From positions 1 to 44,292 of the forward strand of contig JANPFS010000166.1 of the NCBI GenBank assembly GCA_031423535.1: DNA of 44,292 bases. Reading direction: 5' to 3'. A program made the position numbers and the translations under genes. Source of the stretch: Blastocatellia bacterium (GTDB lineage Bacteria; Acidobacteriota; Blastocatellia; RBC074). Positions 43,054 to 44,292 of the stretch are shown here, in pieces; position 1 is the first letter of the stretch, and each line of letters starts with the position of its first letter. The notes under the pieces are model-generated. The model had not been told where the DNA came from. It did not search any database and saw only the letters and a list, made by a program, of their open reading frames with translations.

Positions 43054-43458
43054 TTAGGCTTTGGGTTTGGGAACTAAGCTTAATGCGATACATGCCGCAG
43101 ATGTGATGGCTACTTGCGACAAGGTTAAGCAATGCGCCATCCAGCTATACCCCTTAAAAGATTTCAGGGCTTCCATTTCAAACGCGGCATTAAAGGCTCT
43201 CGCCCAGTCTTGCCTGTCCGTGTTGATCCACCGAACCAGTTCAATCGCCGCGTCACGATTCTGGAAGAAGTTCGGCGCGCCGTATCGAAACGCGCTCGCC
43301 TCGCTCCGATACTCCGTTCCCCACGCAGGCCAGTGATTCTTCCAGCTCGGAGGCTGGTTCAGGAAATATCCGTCCAGCGTTTTGTTGGCGCTTACCGTCG
43401 CGCCCATCAGCTTGATGATCTCGGCATTGATTTCCTCTGCGGTTAATTGTCGTTTCAT
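43054..43458 (-). CDS. hypothetical protein (134 aa)
   Basis: ORF track. Co-directional with its neighbours. Confidence 0.5.
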   Translation of the reverse strand: MKRQLTAEEINAEIIKLMGATVSANKTLDGYFLNQPPSWKNHWPAWGTEYRSEASAFRYGAPNFFQNRDAAIELVRWINTDRQDWARAFNAAFEMEALKSFKGYSWMAHCLTLSQVAITSAACIALSLVPKPKA

Positions 43459-43500
43459 GTGTGGTGTCTTCCTGTCTGGCTTTTGCCTGCGGACAGCAGG

Positions 43501-44037
43501 TTATCGTTCCTGCTGCCAATCAATGTCTTCGCGGCGTGTAGGCGTCTGTTCGATGGGTTCCGGTCGTTCCACTTCCGGCTCTTTCTGTTCTTCAATCCGG
43601 TTGATCTGCTCCGTTACTTCTCGCGCTTCCTCCCGCTCCATCCCTTTCCGCTCATATTCCCAACCCAATTCGCCTCTGGTTTGTTCCTTGAAGTCCTGGA
43701 CAACTTCGAGGTCTTTGGCGGTGGCGTCGTGTAACTTAATGAGCGTTGCACCAATCTCGCGGGTGACGAAGCTGGGACTGAAGTGGGGAATCTGTTGGGC
43801 GTCCTCCCAGATGGATTGCTTGAGGCTCGTTGCCACTTCATGACCGTATAAATCTGTGACTACGAACGTTGTCCGTTCGCCGCGCTTCTGTGCCTGGTCA
43901 ACGGCATCACCTGCGATTCGTTCTTCTTTGACAACCAACGCCTGCATCCGCTGATCGTGTTCGGTAATCGCGCGGCCTGGATCATCACCGCTCATCCTGT
44001 CCGGCGTGATCTCCGCCTTCCGTGCTTCTTTCAGCAA
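43501..44037 (-). CDS. hypothetical acidic protein (178 aa)
   Basis: ORF track. Co-directional with its neighbours. The true start is uncertain. Confidence 0.5.
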   Translation of the reverse strand: MLKEARKAEITPDRMSGDDPGRAITEHDQRMQALVVKEERIAGDAVDQAQKRGERTTFVVTDLYGHEVATSLKQSIWEDAQQIPHFSPSFVTREIGATLIKLHDATAKDLEVVQDFKEQTRGELGWEYERKGMEREEAREVTEQINRIEEQKEPEVERPEPIEQTPTRREDIDWQQER

Positions 44038-44224
44038 CTCTATGTCTCGCGTCTCTACCGCGATTCTTGCAATCTCCGCATACTCGCTAAATTGTAATGT
44101 CGGCTTGATAGTTTCGTCGCGGCTCTCTTGTTTCAGGAAGGCTGCGACTGTGGTTAGGGCGCGTTAAAAATTAACTTCCCGGTTTGAGCGAAAAGTTCGC
44201 TGGTCACCGAAACCTGGAGGTAAG

Positions 44225-44292
44225 ATGTACGAAACGCATTCTCCCAACGCAGTGGAAAGAAGGACTATGACGAATCTACGCGTACATCAATG
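44225..44292 (+). CDS. possible 5-prime end of a plus-strand gene running off the right edge
   Basis: GGAGG at 44216-44220, then an ATG at 44225 (MYETHSPNAVERRTMTNLRVHQ...) that stays open to the window end. Too short to judge. Confidence 0.25.
   Translation, partial: MYETHSPNAVERRTMTNLRVHQ

Overview
The window reads as the backbone of a conjugative element, either a plasmid or an ICE. All calls rest on hand-read motifs, with no database search.

Left to right:
- An edge-truncated tyrosine integrase.
- A parA-parB cassette with palindromic operators.
- A maintenance or replication-like block: an AAA+ ATPase, a gene carrying GGGAGG(C/A) iteron-like repeats, a Cas4-like nuclease split at a T6 run, about 850 bp of repeat-dense non-coding DNA, and a Toprim primase-like gene.
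- A Trb/VirB-type type IV secretion system in two divergent operons: trbC-D-E-J-L on the minus strand and SLT-trbF-G-I on the plus strand.
- A MoxR-like AAA+ ATPase and a VirD4/TraG coupling protein.
- A roughly 3-kb module bracketed by diverged direct repeats of about 115 bp. It holds a C5 cytosine methyltransferase, an IscB gene and a roughly 300-nt structured omega-RNA-like leader.
- A 1253-aa acidic protein.
- About 10 kb of small minus-strand genes (DUF4031-like, PAPS-reductase-like, MazG-like, DUF1643-like, tandem paralogues).

No relaxase, TrbB/VirB11, tRNA, rRNA or CRISPR array was recognised.

The most interesting signal is the IscB. Three of the four RuvC catalytic positions are substituted (D->K, E->Q, H->E) while the HNH motif looks intact. 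This predicts an RNA-guided nickase or binder rather than a double-strand nuclease. It sits on a conjugative backbone next to a compositionally foreign methyltransferase.

Other notable signals:
- A 12-bp palindrome (CAGTCGCGACTG) with about 35 bp of shared context, embedded in frame in three unrelated genes.
- An octamer repeated in two reading frames and both orientations inside one gene.
- A 17-bp motif array with 22-bp phasing.
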